From: the human T2T-CHM13v2.0 reference genome, Homo sapiens
Length of the DNA stretch: 64,000 nt
Strand: one strand, 5' to 3'
Assembly: GCF_009914755.1 (NCBI RefSeq)
Contig: NC_060933.1
The notes beneath the pieces are model-generated. The model did no database searches, had not been told where the DNA came from, and saw only the letters and a program-made list of their open reading frames with translations. The translations under genes were made by a program, and so were the position numbers. Positions 13,682-25,344 of the stretch are shown piece after piece; within the stretch, counting starts at the first letter, position 1, and the number at the start of each line of letters is the position of its first letter.

Positions 13682-14944
13682 CTGGAATATAGTAGTTATT
13701 CAATAAATGACAGCTTCTATTATGAAACTAAATACAGATTGAATTGAACAATAAGGAAACTAACATTTTGTTGAGTGCCTATTATATACATTTTTATGCC
13801 AAATCTTACACTAAATGCTTTTTATTCATGCTATCATTTATCTTGTCATTTGTCATGACAACCTGGTGAGTTAGGTATTATTATGCTTATTTGAAAATTA
13901 ATTTGAGACTCAGGGAGTTTCCATGACTGGCTTAAGAGGCAGAGCCAGCTTTTGAATCCTGATTTATTTGTGGTTCTAAAATGTCTGCTTTCAACTACAT
14001 TGAGCTACACTGGGCTGACTCCTAAAGGAATTTTCTTAGTTCAGATAAGGTAAAAACTTAAATTTTTACTGCTCCATAAAGAAAGAGATCAGCATTCAAG
14101 TGGATGAACTCACTTTCCATTTCCTAGACCTTCAGCAGCTCTTTGGTGGCTGTGCACATGTAAGCACCAAAATATTTGACCTCTGTTTTTCTCCCAGAAC
14201 CTCTGGCTGGATCTCAAGTTTTATGTACTTCCTTTTTGGAGAATACTTAAGCCAAGGTGTACTGTTTGCAAACACTTATTAGCCTTGGGTAGATATTGGC
14301 GAGTTTCCGTTGGCATCAAATGGGCTTCCAGAATCTGCTGAGGCCTGGCTGTGCTCATTGATTGTCTTTGCCAAAAAGAGCTGCTAATTAGGATGACATC
14401 CTGCTTGTCTCTACCTCTAGAGCTAGGTTTTCCTTCCTGGGCATGCCTATTTTGTCCCAAGCAGTATGTTTGGATTTTTAGTGCAGATCTAGATGAACAA
14501 GAGCAAATTTGCAGTCCCTTTAAAATCTATGAAGCCTTGTGCTCCAGTGAAGAATTTCCCAGACTACGTTGCAAGATGTTTTTAGGTAGATGTCCTATGG
14601 TCAGGTATGTTTGGAGATACTGGGCTAACGAAAGTTGAACAGATTAATTACAGCAAGATATCTCAGATGATGCACTCTACTTCCCTGAACCATCCATTGG
14701 CTTCTAACCACACTCAGAATGAAATTCAAACTCCTAGCCATTGCCTACAGAGCTCCTTCTCTCATTTCATTCAGACATCTGCACAATGGCACATTCACCT
14801 CTCACCCCATCTAAAAGAGCACTCCTCTCACCACCAGTCATTGTTTATGCCCTTACCTTGTTTTGTCTTTCTTCTTAGCAAATATCACTACCTGAAATTG
14901 TGCTATAAGTTTATGTGATTCCTTTTTATTGTCTGCCTTCCCCC

Positions 14945-15258
14945 TGCTATGGTCTGAATGTTTGTGTTCCCTCAAAATCCACACATTGGAACATAATCAC
15001 CAGTGTGACAATATTAGTTGGCAGAGTCTTTGGGAGGTACTTAGATCATGAGGGCAGAGGCTTCATAAATAGAATTTGTGCCCTTATTAAAAGAGACCCC
15101 ATAGAGCTGCCTTATGTCTTCTGCCATGTGAGGACATATAAGGTGCCATCTTGATCTTGGACTTCCCAGCCTCCAGAACTGTGAGAAAGTAATTTCTGTT
15201 GTTTGTAAGTCACTCAGTTTATGGTATTTTGTTGTAGCAGCTTGTACAAACTAAGATA
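14945..15258 (+). mobile_element. MLT1A0-like MaLR solo LTR inserted in an L2 fragment
   Basis: TGCTATGGTCTGAATGTTTGTGTTCC...GGACTTCCCAGCCTCCAGAACTGTGAGA...CTAAGATA; L2-like sequence on both sides. Confidence 0.85.
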
Positions 15259-17173
15259 TGCCACCATAATGTAAACACCATGAATAAAAGGATCTTGACT
15301 GTATTGCTTTCTATTGTATCACCAGCCCTAAAACTATGTATTGAATGGACATATGAGCTGTGCATTTCCAAGAACAGAAGAGTACCAAGTGTTTCCCAAA
15401 CTCATTTGGCCACAAAACCCTTTTTTAGGTGATTCCCATGAGAATGCTTTTCCACATGACACACTTTTGGGAACTGCTTCTCTAGTGGGATCTTATCATC
15501 AAGAACTATTTGATCAACAGGTAACAAAACAATGACAACAACAAAACATTTATATTGAATGCCAGTTTCTGTGCTAAGCAGTGTTCATGAACTACATCAT
15601 TTAATCATCACAATAAACTTTAAACTAGGTGCTACTACTTTGCTTTTAATATGGATAAGAAGAAATTAGCTTAAAGAAGCTAAGTAACTTGGCCAAGATC
15701 ACATAGCAAGCAAATACCTCTCAAACCCAGAGGATTCTTATGCCAAAGTCATACTCTTAACCATTATTCATTTCTTCTTGTGGGCTGTGAGCTTCTCCAT
15801 GTCCTAAGATAGAGAGCTCTTTGTCTCCATCCCACCCTTGAGCCTGTTCTTTCCTCCTATTAGTTGTTGACTAATCTTTGTTATAACCTCCAGATTTTCA
15901 GCTATCTCTTGTGACTCAGCCTCAAATCCCCAGACAGGACTCCTCTGTCCTTGGTACTGGTTTTTCCAAATCCAAAGCAATTTGTGTTTTTATCCTGAAG
16001 GCCACCTCTGAAAGCAAACACATTCCTTGAGGTCTGTGTCCTGAGACAGTTTCCTGTCCTAGGGCTGGGATGGTTTCCTCCTATCACATGTTGTGTCATC
16101 ACACTGCATACTTGCAAGCCAGTGGGTGAAGCGTGAAAACAACTTCAAGCTCTGGGCTTTCTGAGCAAACTGCTAAGGAAGAGGATGTCCAAATCTGGGA
16201 CACAGCAAGGACTCCTATTAATTGCTAAAGATTAACTTTATTCCAGTTGTGCTAGGTTTCAGATAAACCAGATACAATTTTTTCTTTTAGGAACTATACT
16301 GTCAAGAGGGGCAGACAGGCCATTCCAGGATGATAAAGGAGATGATAGATTTAAAAAAAGAAACATAGGTAGAATGAGATGACAGTAAAAGGGCATCTAA
16401 TTTACCTGGAGGAAGTGGTGCCTGAACTGAATTTTGAGAGAAAAATATGAATAGGTGAAAAACATAAAAAAGGATATTCTAGGCACGAGGGAATGGCATT
16501 TACAAGGATATAAAAAGAATAAAAGGGTTGATGTGAACAGTATGAATGACAGCTGAAGTACAGGATCTGTTTAGAGACCAGAAGCAAGATCATGGAGAAT
16601 CTTGAATGTCAGAATATCTGGACTTTTTTGCAGGCAGAAGAAAAGCATTTGGAAATCTTGAGGCCCAGGAATGTTAACCTCTATGTCTCAGGTTGAAGAA
16701 GGGGAAGGCTGGGTTGCTGGGGGCCAGTGGGAAAGCTGTTGCAGTGGCCCATCTGTGAGATGCTAAGATCTGAACTACAGGGGTAATGGAGGTGGGGCAG
16801 GGGGTGGTGATCAAGAAAGTGGGGAGGCAGTGAACAGATTTGCTTGTCAAGGCAGTAGAGACTACAACATTTTGTGTGTGGGGTTAGTAAAGAAAAAAGA
16901 ATTAATCGAAGATGTTACTATTCATTATATCTGCTGAGAGGAATAGATTGAGGGAGGAACAATGGATGAGTTTTAGTTTTGGTCACACTGACTGTCTTGC
17001 TTTAGAATAAAATACATTTGGAATCATTGCCGTGAAAGGCCCCTCCCTGGGGTGAAATTCAAGAGAAATTATGGCTAACCAATGAGTTAAAACAACTAAT
17101 CAAAACACTTGGCTCCACTATATACATGGGAGGATGTTAAATAAAAACTAGTCCACTTTAGTGGCTGCCAGAA

Positions 17174-17387
<214 letters not shown>

Positions 17388-17486
17388 AATTTTTTTATTA
17401 CTCATCAGTGAGGGTACTGAAGGGTTGAGTGAACTTGTCATTGATAAGAGGTTGCCAGAAATTGGTGACACTGGAGTGCTGGAGGC

Positions 17487-18360
17487 TGTGGCAGGCAGAC
17501 TCTAAGGTGGCCCCATTGATACTGCCTCCCGGCATTCTCATACGTGTGCAATTACCTCCCCTTGAGTGTGGGATGGCCCAGTGACTTTCTTCTAACAAAC
17601 AGAATATGACTAAGGTGATGGAATATCCCTTCCATGATTAGGTTACACAGGATTGTGATGTGCCTCTTGCTTATAGACTTTCTCTCTCTCTCTCTTTTTT
17701 TTTTTTTTTTTTTTTTTTTTTGAGATAGAATCTCGCTCTTGTTGCACAGGCTGGAGTGGAATGGCTCGATCTTGGCTCACTGCAACCTACGACTCCCAAG
17801 TTCAAGTGATTCTCCTGCTTCAGCTTCCTGAGTAGCTGGGATTACAGGTGCCCACCACCATGCCAGGCTAATTTTTTTGTATTTTTAGTAGATACGGGGT
17901 TTCAGCATATTGGCCAGGCTGGTCTCGAACTCCTAACCTCAAGTGATCCACCCGCCTCGGGCTCCCAAAGTGCTGGGATTAAGAGGTGTGAGCGACCATG
18001 CCCGGTAACTCTCTTTCTCATTGGCTTTGTTAATGTAAATGGCCTTGTTGGAGAAGCCCATGTGGCAAGGAACTGAGGGTAGCCTTGGACCAACAGCTTT
18101 GAAGGAACTGAGGCCCTCAGTTCAATATCTCTCAAGAAATGGAGTCCAGCCAACAACCACATCAACAAGCTTGGAAGCTAATCATCCCCCAATTCAGCCT
18201 TTAGATGAGACATCAACCCTGTCCAACACAGACAATAACCTCATGAGAGACCATGAGGCAGAAAATCCAACTAAGCTGTGCTTAGACCTCTAGAAACCAT
18301 GAGATAATAAATGAGTGTTGATTTAAAGTAATTTGGTATGCAGTAATAGATAATGAATAC
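17487..18360 (+). mobile_element. MLT1E-family MaLR LTR, interrupted by an Alu
   Basis: TGTGGCAGGCAGACTCTAAGGTGGCCCC...GCCCATGTGGCAAGGAACTGAGGG...GCAGTAATAGATAATGAATAC. Confidence 0.75.
17695..18005 (-). mobile_element. AluS (Sp/Sq-like), full length, nested in the LTR
   Basis: Antisense Alu with CTCTTGTTGC and AATGG diagnostics and a long poly-T. Confidence 0.92.
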
Positions 18361-21300
18361 GGAGATACTAGTCATCCTTGGCTCGGTCCGTGTGAGTTAA
18401 GGCTGTTGAGAGAATAAGACTCTGCTCATTTTTCTTTTCTAAAAGAATGTCTTAATTCTGAAACTTTTAAGATTGTCCCTGGCTTCCAAGAGCAAGAGTC
18501 AGAAGACCTAGGATTCCAACCTGACCCTGTTGCCAACTGGCGGAAGATCTTAGAAAGATCTTTCCCTTCTCTATGTCTCAGTTTCACCCTCTTTAAAATG
18601 AGGTATGCTAACCTAGGCCAGCAATTTACAAAAACATTCTGTTTTTTCTGCACAGAGCCCTTTCATCAAATAAAATTTCATGAGGAGGCTCAGTGTACAA
18701 AATAGATAAGTGGAGGGGCTTTCATTGAAATAAGGTTGAGGGGAATCCCCTGCTTGGCCTCCCTGTCTCTCCACAGCAGCCCCCAAATCTTTTTAAATTC
18801 TTTTTAAAATCCAGTCTGCAAGATTCTGGCTTAGAGGCTGCCCGTAAGCCCTTTTAGTTTGAAAATTCTGTATTCCCTAAGGAGATTTAAGAAAATAGTA
18901 ACCTACCTAGAAGTTAAAGCATTCCTCTGCAATATCTGTGCATCGACCTTCACAAGACCATCCCACAGTCCTGGGCATCTCCTTTGGGGACTGTGCTAAT
19001 GGTGCGTCTGCCCATGGTGGGTCCGTTTTTGGGGAAAATGAACTCCAGCAGACAAAGCTCCCGCCTCCCTAACATTCTTGACCTCAGTGGTGTACAGTCC
19101 AGTGTGGCAGGGAAGGCAATCATAGGGGTAATTATGACACAGACAGCGGGGGACGTGCAGAGCTCAGTTGGAACCTGGAGCAGGGGGATTCCAGGCAGCC
19201 TGCAGGGCACTCATGGCTTCCCTTGGGCAGCACTTGCTTATGTGTGTCTATGCTTCAGGTCTCAGGCTGGTTGCAGGGATGTGATGTGGATCGGGCTTTG
19301 CCCTCATGTAGCTTAAAGTCTAGTAGAGAAAACGTATTACATTATGGGTCACATGCTAATCATTTAATTACAGTTTTTTTCAAGAGGTGAAGCCTGAAGG
19401 AGCAAGCTGGAGATAGCAAAATTAACCAGTCTGTCAAAGAACACCAGGGCCAAAAAGACAAGCTTTTGTGTCTTTCTTAGCTTTGCTGTGTCTAGCCCTC
19501 TCTCTTGTCAGAAGATGAATAGAATTAGGGAGCTGAGCATGACTTCCTTACTGAAATGGTTATAACTAGCCTCTCAGGACTGGGAACTGGGTTTGATTTT
19601 TAACTCCACCAAGTACTTTCTGCATGGTATTGGGTAAGCTACTTAAACGTTTTCAGCCTTACATTGTGCATATTTGAATAGGGTGGGTGATAAGACTTAC
19701 TAGAAGCTATGGTTGACTAAATGGCATGATGCCTATAGAGTCCTCAGTAAATATTAGCTATTACGATTATCCCCTAGGATTCTCCTAGGAGAAGATTTCA
19801 GACACATTCTTGTCGAAGTTAGCAGCAGCCAGCTTTAGGGTTAGAGGTGAACAACGGTCAATTCTGAAGCAAAGCTATCTATGTTCAGAACTCATGATAT
19901 ATCTCTGGCTCTTGGTATAGGGTATTTGAGGAGGGTTAAAGGACCAAACAAAGCTATTTAAGTTACCATGGCTATATCATGAAGGACCTATGAACTTCAG
20001 GAAACTTCAAAATTCTGAGACGACGTGGCATGAAATACATATTTTTAAAATCTCCATTCACAGATAGACTAAAAATGCACATGGAAGGGATTTTCCATTC
20101 GCGATCTGCTTTTGACTTGGGCATTTTGCTTTTATTCCATGATGAAGGGCCAAAGAGAGTAATGATAGTGACAGGGTTGTTTCTAAAGTGGAAGAGAAGC
20201 TGGAAATGTGAGACAAGGTGGAGGGAAAGGAGTTTAGGCTTAAGGGCATAACTGAAAAATGTCTGGCCACCAGGATTAGAATCAGGTTGGTTTGCAGACT
20301 TTTCTCCTTTACAGAGAAGTCACAAAGCATGTATAGCCCCCGAAGGTAGGTAAGTTCACCATCTCTGTCTTTTACATTGAATGGAATTATGGCCTGGGGT
20401 TTGCAGGAGGCTGGTCATGTCACACTTTGAGGGGGGTTTTCCTCCTTGGAAGGGAGCCTTCATCTAATGTTTCCCACATGTTGAAGGTGTTCAAACTGGC
20501 CCGGGATAAGATTCAAGGGGATTCCCTACAATCTTCTCAGAGTGAGAGGTATTTGAATCATAATCTTCCTCTCTGAGGCTTCCGCTGAATTTGTGGCTCA
20601 ATTTGTGGCTCGGAGCCTACAACCATTTCCAAGCTGTCCTGGGATTCATGGCCCCAAGGCCGATTTCACTTTACCTACCAATCAGCCCTTTTAAAACCAG
20701 ATGTTTGGCTCACCTGTGTGCCTACTTTTCTGAGATGAAAATCAGCAGGAGTGACCTGACTGCTACCTCTAGTTTCATTCTTCTCTCTTCCAGGGCTGAA
20801 ATTTGAACTTTCCTGTTTCCAGGCAGAGAGTTGCACCATTGAGAGCTGACCTTTGCTGAGAACCATGAAAAATGATACATGCAGGGCTATTCTGTAAAAT
20901 CAATAGGCACCAATGCCAGCTGGGGGCTTCTCCACCATCTTGATCATTCACTGAAAGACACCATTTAAGGTTCTAAACTTGGTCAGCACAGCCTGACTTC
21001 AGAAGGCAATATAGCACAGCAGAAAGAACAGTGGGGTATTAGTTAGAAAGCTTGGGTCAAAGCCAGCTCTGCCCCTCAACTACGGAAAGACCTCAGATGA
21101 GTCACCTAACTTCCTTGAGTGTCGATTTCTTTAAAATTGAGCTAGTAATTTATAATTTGTAGTGTCTGAGTGAGAATGAGATGAGAAACCATTGGCAAAC
21201 CCTCCTATTACATATGTGACACATAGCCCTCACTATTAACTTTGTGTTTGTGTGTTTTACCATCACAAAAGGACATATATTTCGAGCCAACTAAATGTTT

Positions 21301-24289
21301 GCAACCTACTTTTTACGTTTCAAACTGAAGTGGCTTCAGCATGAAGGGGGCTGCGCTTTGGTCCAGTGGATATGTTTTCTTGTAAGAAAGCACAGCTAGG
21401 TGTCTATAGAAATCTAGAGAGAGAGGAGAGAATATGTGCTCTTAATTTATTGTTAGCATTAGAAAGGGTAGGATTAAGGGGGATATGTTTTTCATTCTGT
21501 CAGCTTGAATTCTCTTTCCAAATTCCATTCTGGTTATATGATCAGGCTACTGCTGTATTTATGGGTGGCCACAGTCTGCCTGGAGGGGCATATTTAGTCA
21601 GAAAGGAAGTGTTTTCCTTCTAAAGGCAGGCAAGAAGCAGAGAAGCATTCAGAAGGAACACGGCAGAATGTACCTCTGACTTGGTGATCACGGGGACCTG
21701 GGTGTGAAACCTGGCTGTATCACTCTGAGTTCTAGGACCTTGGTAAAGTTATTCAGTCTCCCTGTTCTTGAAGCCATCTCTTTGTCCAACAAATATAGTC
21801 CATACCTCAGAGACATGCTGTGGATGATCCCACAAAAGCCTACAGTTTAGAGAGTAGGCTCATCATATATTTTGGCTATCATTGTCATTAGAATTAATTA
21901 AAATAGCCTTTGTTAAGTCTTTTATTTCTCATTCATATTCCTGTCTATTACACTATTTGTGGACTTGCTCTTACTTCTGCTACAGATGGTGACTCAGAGG
22001 GGCAAAAATCCTTGTTGAAGGGCAGAATGGCAACCAGAATGCACACAGCCTGGTTTCATGATTTGTAAATGTGCTTTTTGTCATTGAAGATTCTGTGGCA
22101 ATGTCCCAGAGGCTAAGAGCAAAGGTGTAAGTTTTAGACCTTGTGACCCCACTTCAACCAAAGCAGCCCTGCATTTACCTGTCATATACTGGGGGTTTGC
22201 CCTAAATTCATGTAATGAATATTTTCATCATTAAAAATAAGTTTAAAAATCATGATCTTAGAATATTAATCTTGGACAAGTCCTTGTAAAATGATAAACA
22301 GAGAAACTAAGAAAAGTTTCCATTTATTGAACCCTTAATATGTGGAAGGTACTATGCCAAGAGTTTGCCATATATTACCTCATTTGAATGTTGCAAGAGC
22401 CCTGTGAGACATAGTTTGTCATCTCCATTATATGAATGACAAAGTTGAGGGCTGAAACGTTAGTCACTTCTTAGAGTGGGGAAGGAGGAGGTTAGTGGGG
22501 GATAAAATAGAGAAGCTAGGTTTTTAAAACAAAGCATAGAGGAAAAAAATATTTAATGACTGTAGAGCTTGGCAACATCCCTTTCAATCCTTGTCCAATT
22601 TACCCTGTTTGAGCAAACCAGAGAATACTCATATTGTGCACCTTTTTCTTCCCCACAAAGCAGTCACCTTCCTGAAATGCAAGGGCCAAAGCACGCTGAC
22701 TTACATCTCCTGCAAATGACTTGTATGCGCACAAAGCCAGAAACTCTTCACTTGGTTGTCTAGGACTGAATAAATCTTCTTCAGTCCTGAATTGGGCTTG
22801 CCTGGCTGGGATGGATAGTAGTTTTCCTTTCTAAAACACATATGGGAAAGCTCTGTAAAAATGGGGGAAAAAGTCTACAAAAACATGAAAAAGAGGCATT
22901 CATTCTTCAAGTGGTGCTCCCTGTCCTGCCCTCCCTCCAGACAGAAAGCTTTTCCAAAGAGTTTCCAACAGCATCGTACTTCATAGCTGTCAGCTTTAGA
23001 ATCTGCAGATGCCTAAACTCAAAACCTCCTGACATTCTGGAATCAAAATTTGACATTAACTTCCAGCCCCGGGCTACTACCTTTTCTCCAACCTGTGCCA
23101 ACACAACCTCCTGCTTGTAAAATACAGCCAAGTCTCAGACCTGCCAGCCTAGTGAGACACCCTCAGATTGGGTGAGATAAAAAGCGGGGGCTGGGGGCGG
23201 GCTGAGGAACAACACACAAGAAACAATCCAAGACTGGCTAAATGCCTCTTTTAACTTCCAGAGTGATGGCAGTTTTTGGCAATGACAATGATTATCCAAA
23301 CTTCCAGTTATTAAGCAGTCATTGCTGATCTTTCTATACCTCATTTTCTCCTCAAAACGACAGCAGACGCTATTGTCCCCATTTTAGAGATGTGAAAACT
23401 GAGGATTAAGGAAGTGATGTATCTTTCTCAGGGTCATATGTGTGGTGGTGGGGAGAATACCAAACACCTCTGGCTTCAAACCTAAGCTCTTATTCCTCTT
23501 ACAACACTGATGGGTGAGAAGAACCCCTGTGTTCTTTCCAAAGTACACCAGGGGCAGCAGGGTTCCCATACCTGGGGGATGTTGTTGCTCAGATCTTTCT
23601 GTGATGAGAGGTGAGGAGGAGGAGGTGATTCTAGAGACATGTGGGACGCTGCTGGCTCTAGGCACCCCAGTAAAGCTGTTCTCCACCACTCTCTAGCTGC
23701 CTGTCAGTTATTCATCTGGCCCAGGAGCCACCTCCTCTCTTCTGTCCCCCAGCTCTCATTTCCAGGGTGAATATTTTGAGGACCAAATGAGGGAATGGGT
23801 ACAAAACTCTTTGTAAACTTTATGTAAGTGCTGTTTAGATATAAACTTTTATATTCTCCCTGCACTCCTCTATCAAACTCCCTCTAACCCATCCCAGGGG
23901 CAGGCTATGAGCAAAGTCTGCCTTAAAACTCTACTGCCCTAACCCTCAAAATAAAAGATATATACAGGTGAATCAGCCAGACTAGAAGTAGGAGAGCAGT
24001 TGAAGAGAAAATTTTTACTTTTCCTCTGCAGAACAGCAGAAGATAACAACTTTACGAAAAGTTCCTTCCAAGTCTGACTATTCATAAAGTTAAAACAAAC
24101 AAAATTACAAGACCAGAAAAGTCAAGGTGCATCTGATATAACCAATACACACTCCTTTTTTTTTCCAGCGGTGGAAAGAAAAACCCCATATGTTTTGTAA
24201 TTATAATATAAAATCACAACTCATTTGGTACCAGGAATGCAATCCTTACATCATAAGGATCTCTAGTGATGAGGGCAAAACAGACTTAC

Positions 24290-24468
24290 CTTTCCGATGG
24301 GCGAGAGACCTAGGTCCTTGGAAGAAGTACCTGGAGTGTGGAGCTGCGGCGGTTCCCACGTGCGCGTTCCCCCGAGTTCCCCAGCAGCGCTGCCTTTGTG
24401 CCCACGGAGGCGGGGGCGTGTATCTGCGCGCGGGAGAGGCGGGTGACAGTAGGCAGGCTGTGGCCGGT
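24290..24468 (-). other. TNC: TNC exon 1 (non-coding, 5' UTR)
   Basis: Minus strand reads ACCGGCCACAGCCTGCCTACTGTCACCCGCC...GGTCTCTCGCCCATCGGAAAG, which I recognise as the tenascin-C mRNA 5' UTR. It ends in a canonical donor AAG|GTAAGT (plus strand ACTTAC|CTT at 24284-24292). TATA box 20-26 nt upstream. The TSS is approximate; longer 5' ends may reach ~24565. Confidence 0.95.
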
Positions 24469-24487
24469 GCAGCCAACTTTGGCTGGC

Positions 24488-24494
24488 TTATATA
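24488..24494 (-). promoter_or_regulatory. TNC: TNC TATA box (TATATAA)
   Basis: Plus strand TTATATA; appropriate spacing upstream of exon 1 in GC-rich context. Confidence 0.9.
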
Positions 24495-24710
24495 GCGAGC
24501 TCCTTCCTCTGTAATGGGACGCCTCGCCTCCAGACATCCTTTCCCACTTTTTCAGTTGGCGAATTAAAGGAACAGCCCTCCCAGCGGAACAGGGTTAGCT
24601 CATGAAAGACGCACTCACTCCTGGCTCTCGGCCAGGGAAGGAACCCATTTGCATACAATTTATGGCGAAAGTAGGAATTCCCGCCTGCCCGCCCCCGACC
24701 CCGAGTAGCT
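24495..24710 (-). promoter_or_regulatory. TNC: TNC proximal promoter motif cluster
   Basis: Homeodomain TAAT 24512-24515; RBPJ GTGGGAA 24541-24547; NFI-type TGGC-N5-GCCA 24622-24634; octamer ATTTGCAT 24647-24654; CArG-like/HOX CAATTTATGG 24656-24665; NF-kB GGGAATTCCT 24673-24682 (minus); GC box 24687-24697. These match the element classes known for the tenascin-C promoter. Confidence 0.85.
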
Positions 24711-25337
24711 GTTAGTGAAATGTGATTTTTGCTTTGCTCCCCACACGGGTTTTCTAATTGTGAGACGGATGCCTGGGGAGCAAGAGGGAGTAGGATCCGC
24801 AGCCCTGGCTCCCCTCTTGTACTTGGTCAAGCTGGAAATGGGACCAGGGCTCGCCTGGGCTCTGGGCAGCAGCTGCTCAGTGGCACCTCGGAGCGAGTAC
24901 AGGGACTGAGCCCAGTTCCTGGAAAGAGGAGATAAAGCCCTTCAAAAGCCTGGGGGGTTTCAGGTTTCTCTGGGCCAGCGGAGAGATAACCCAGGATTAG
25001 GTCTCAGCAGGTGGGGATCGTGCGGGACGCTCACATCAGCCCTGCTTTTCTTGTGTGGGAGCCAGCCTTGCCCAGCTGCTGGGAGGCATCTTTGTTCCAG
25101 CCCCAGTGTCCTGCAGGGCAGTAGCTTTTTGACATTGTTCATGCCCTGTGCCTGGTGTGGTCTTCTCAGCTGGGTCTCCAGGGGGAAGGATTTCTGAGGT
25201 TTTCTCTTAGTGCTGAAAGGCGTCCCCCACAGCCCTTTCTTTAAAGAAAAGCAATAATTTAAAAAGGTAACAACCTAATCCTTGAGCCATAAGCTGCGCC
25301 TTTGCTTTCCAGCCTGCCGTGGATTTCCTCCAAGCTC

Positions 25338-25344
25338 TGAGTCA
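25338..25344. promoter_or_regulatory. AP-1 site ~870 bp upstream of TNC TSS
   Basis: Perfect TGAGTCA; TNC is an established AP-1/c-Jun-responsive gene. Confidence 0.5.

Larger units (their letters stand above)
24290..24900. promoter_or_regulatory. CpG-rich promoter island over TNC exon 1 and promoter
   Basis: Clear local enrichment of GC and CpG (e.g. CTGCGCGCGGG, CACGTGCGCG) relative to the AT-rich flanks; boundaries by eye. Confidence 0.75.

Noticed and set aside
24242-24260. 7-bp inverted repeat ATCCTTA-CATCA-TAAGGAT near the exon 1 donor
   Set aside because: AT-rich 7-bp stems occur frequently by chance and this one does not overlap the splice site.
24190-25142. Several ORFs across the TNC promoter and exon 1
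   Set aside because: GC-rich sequence is depleted of stop codons; exon 1 is non-coding and none resembles tenascin-C or any domain I recognise.
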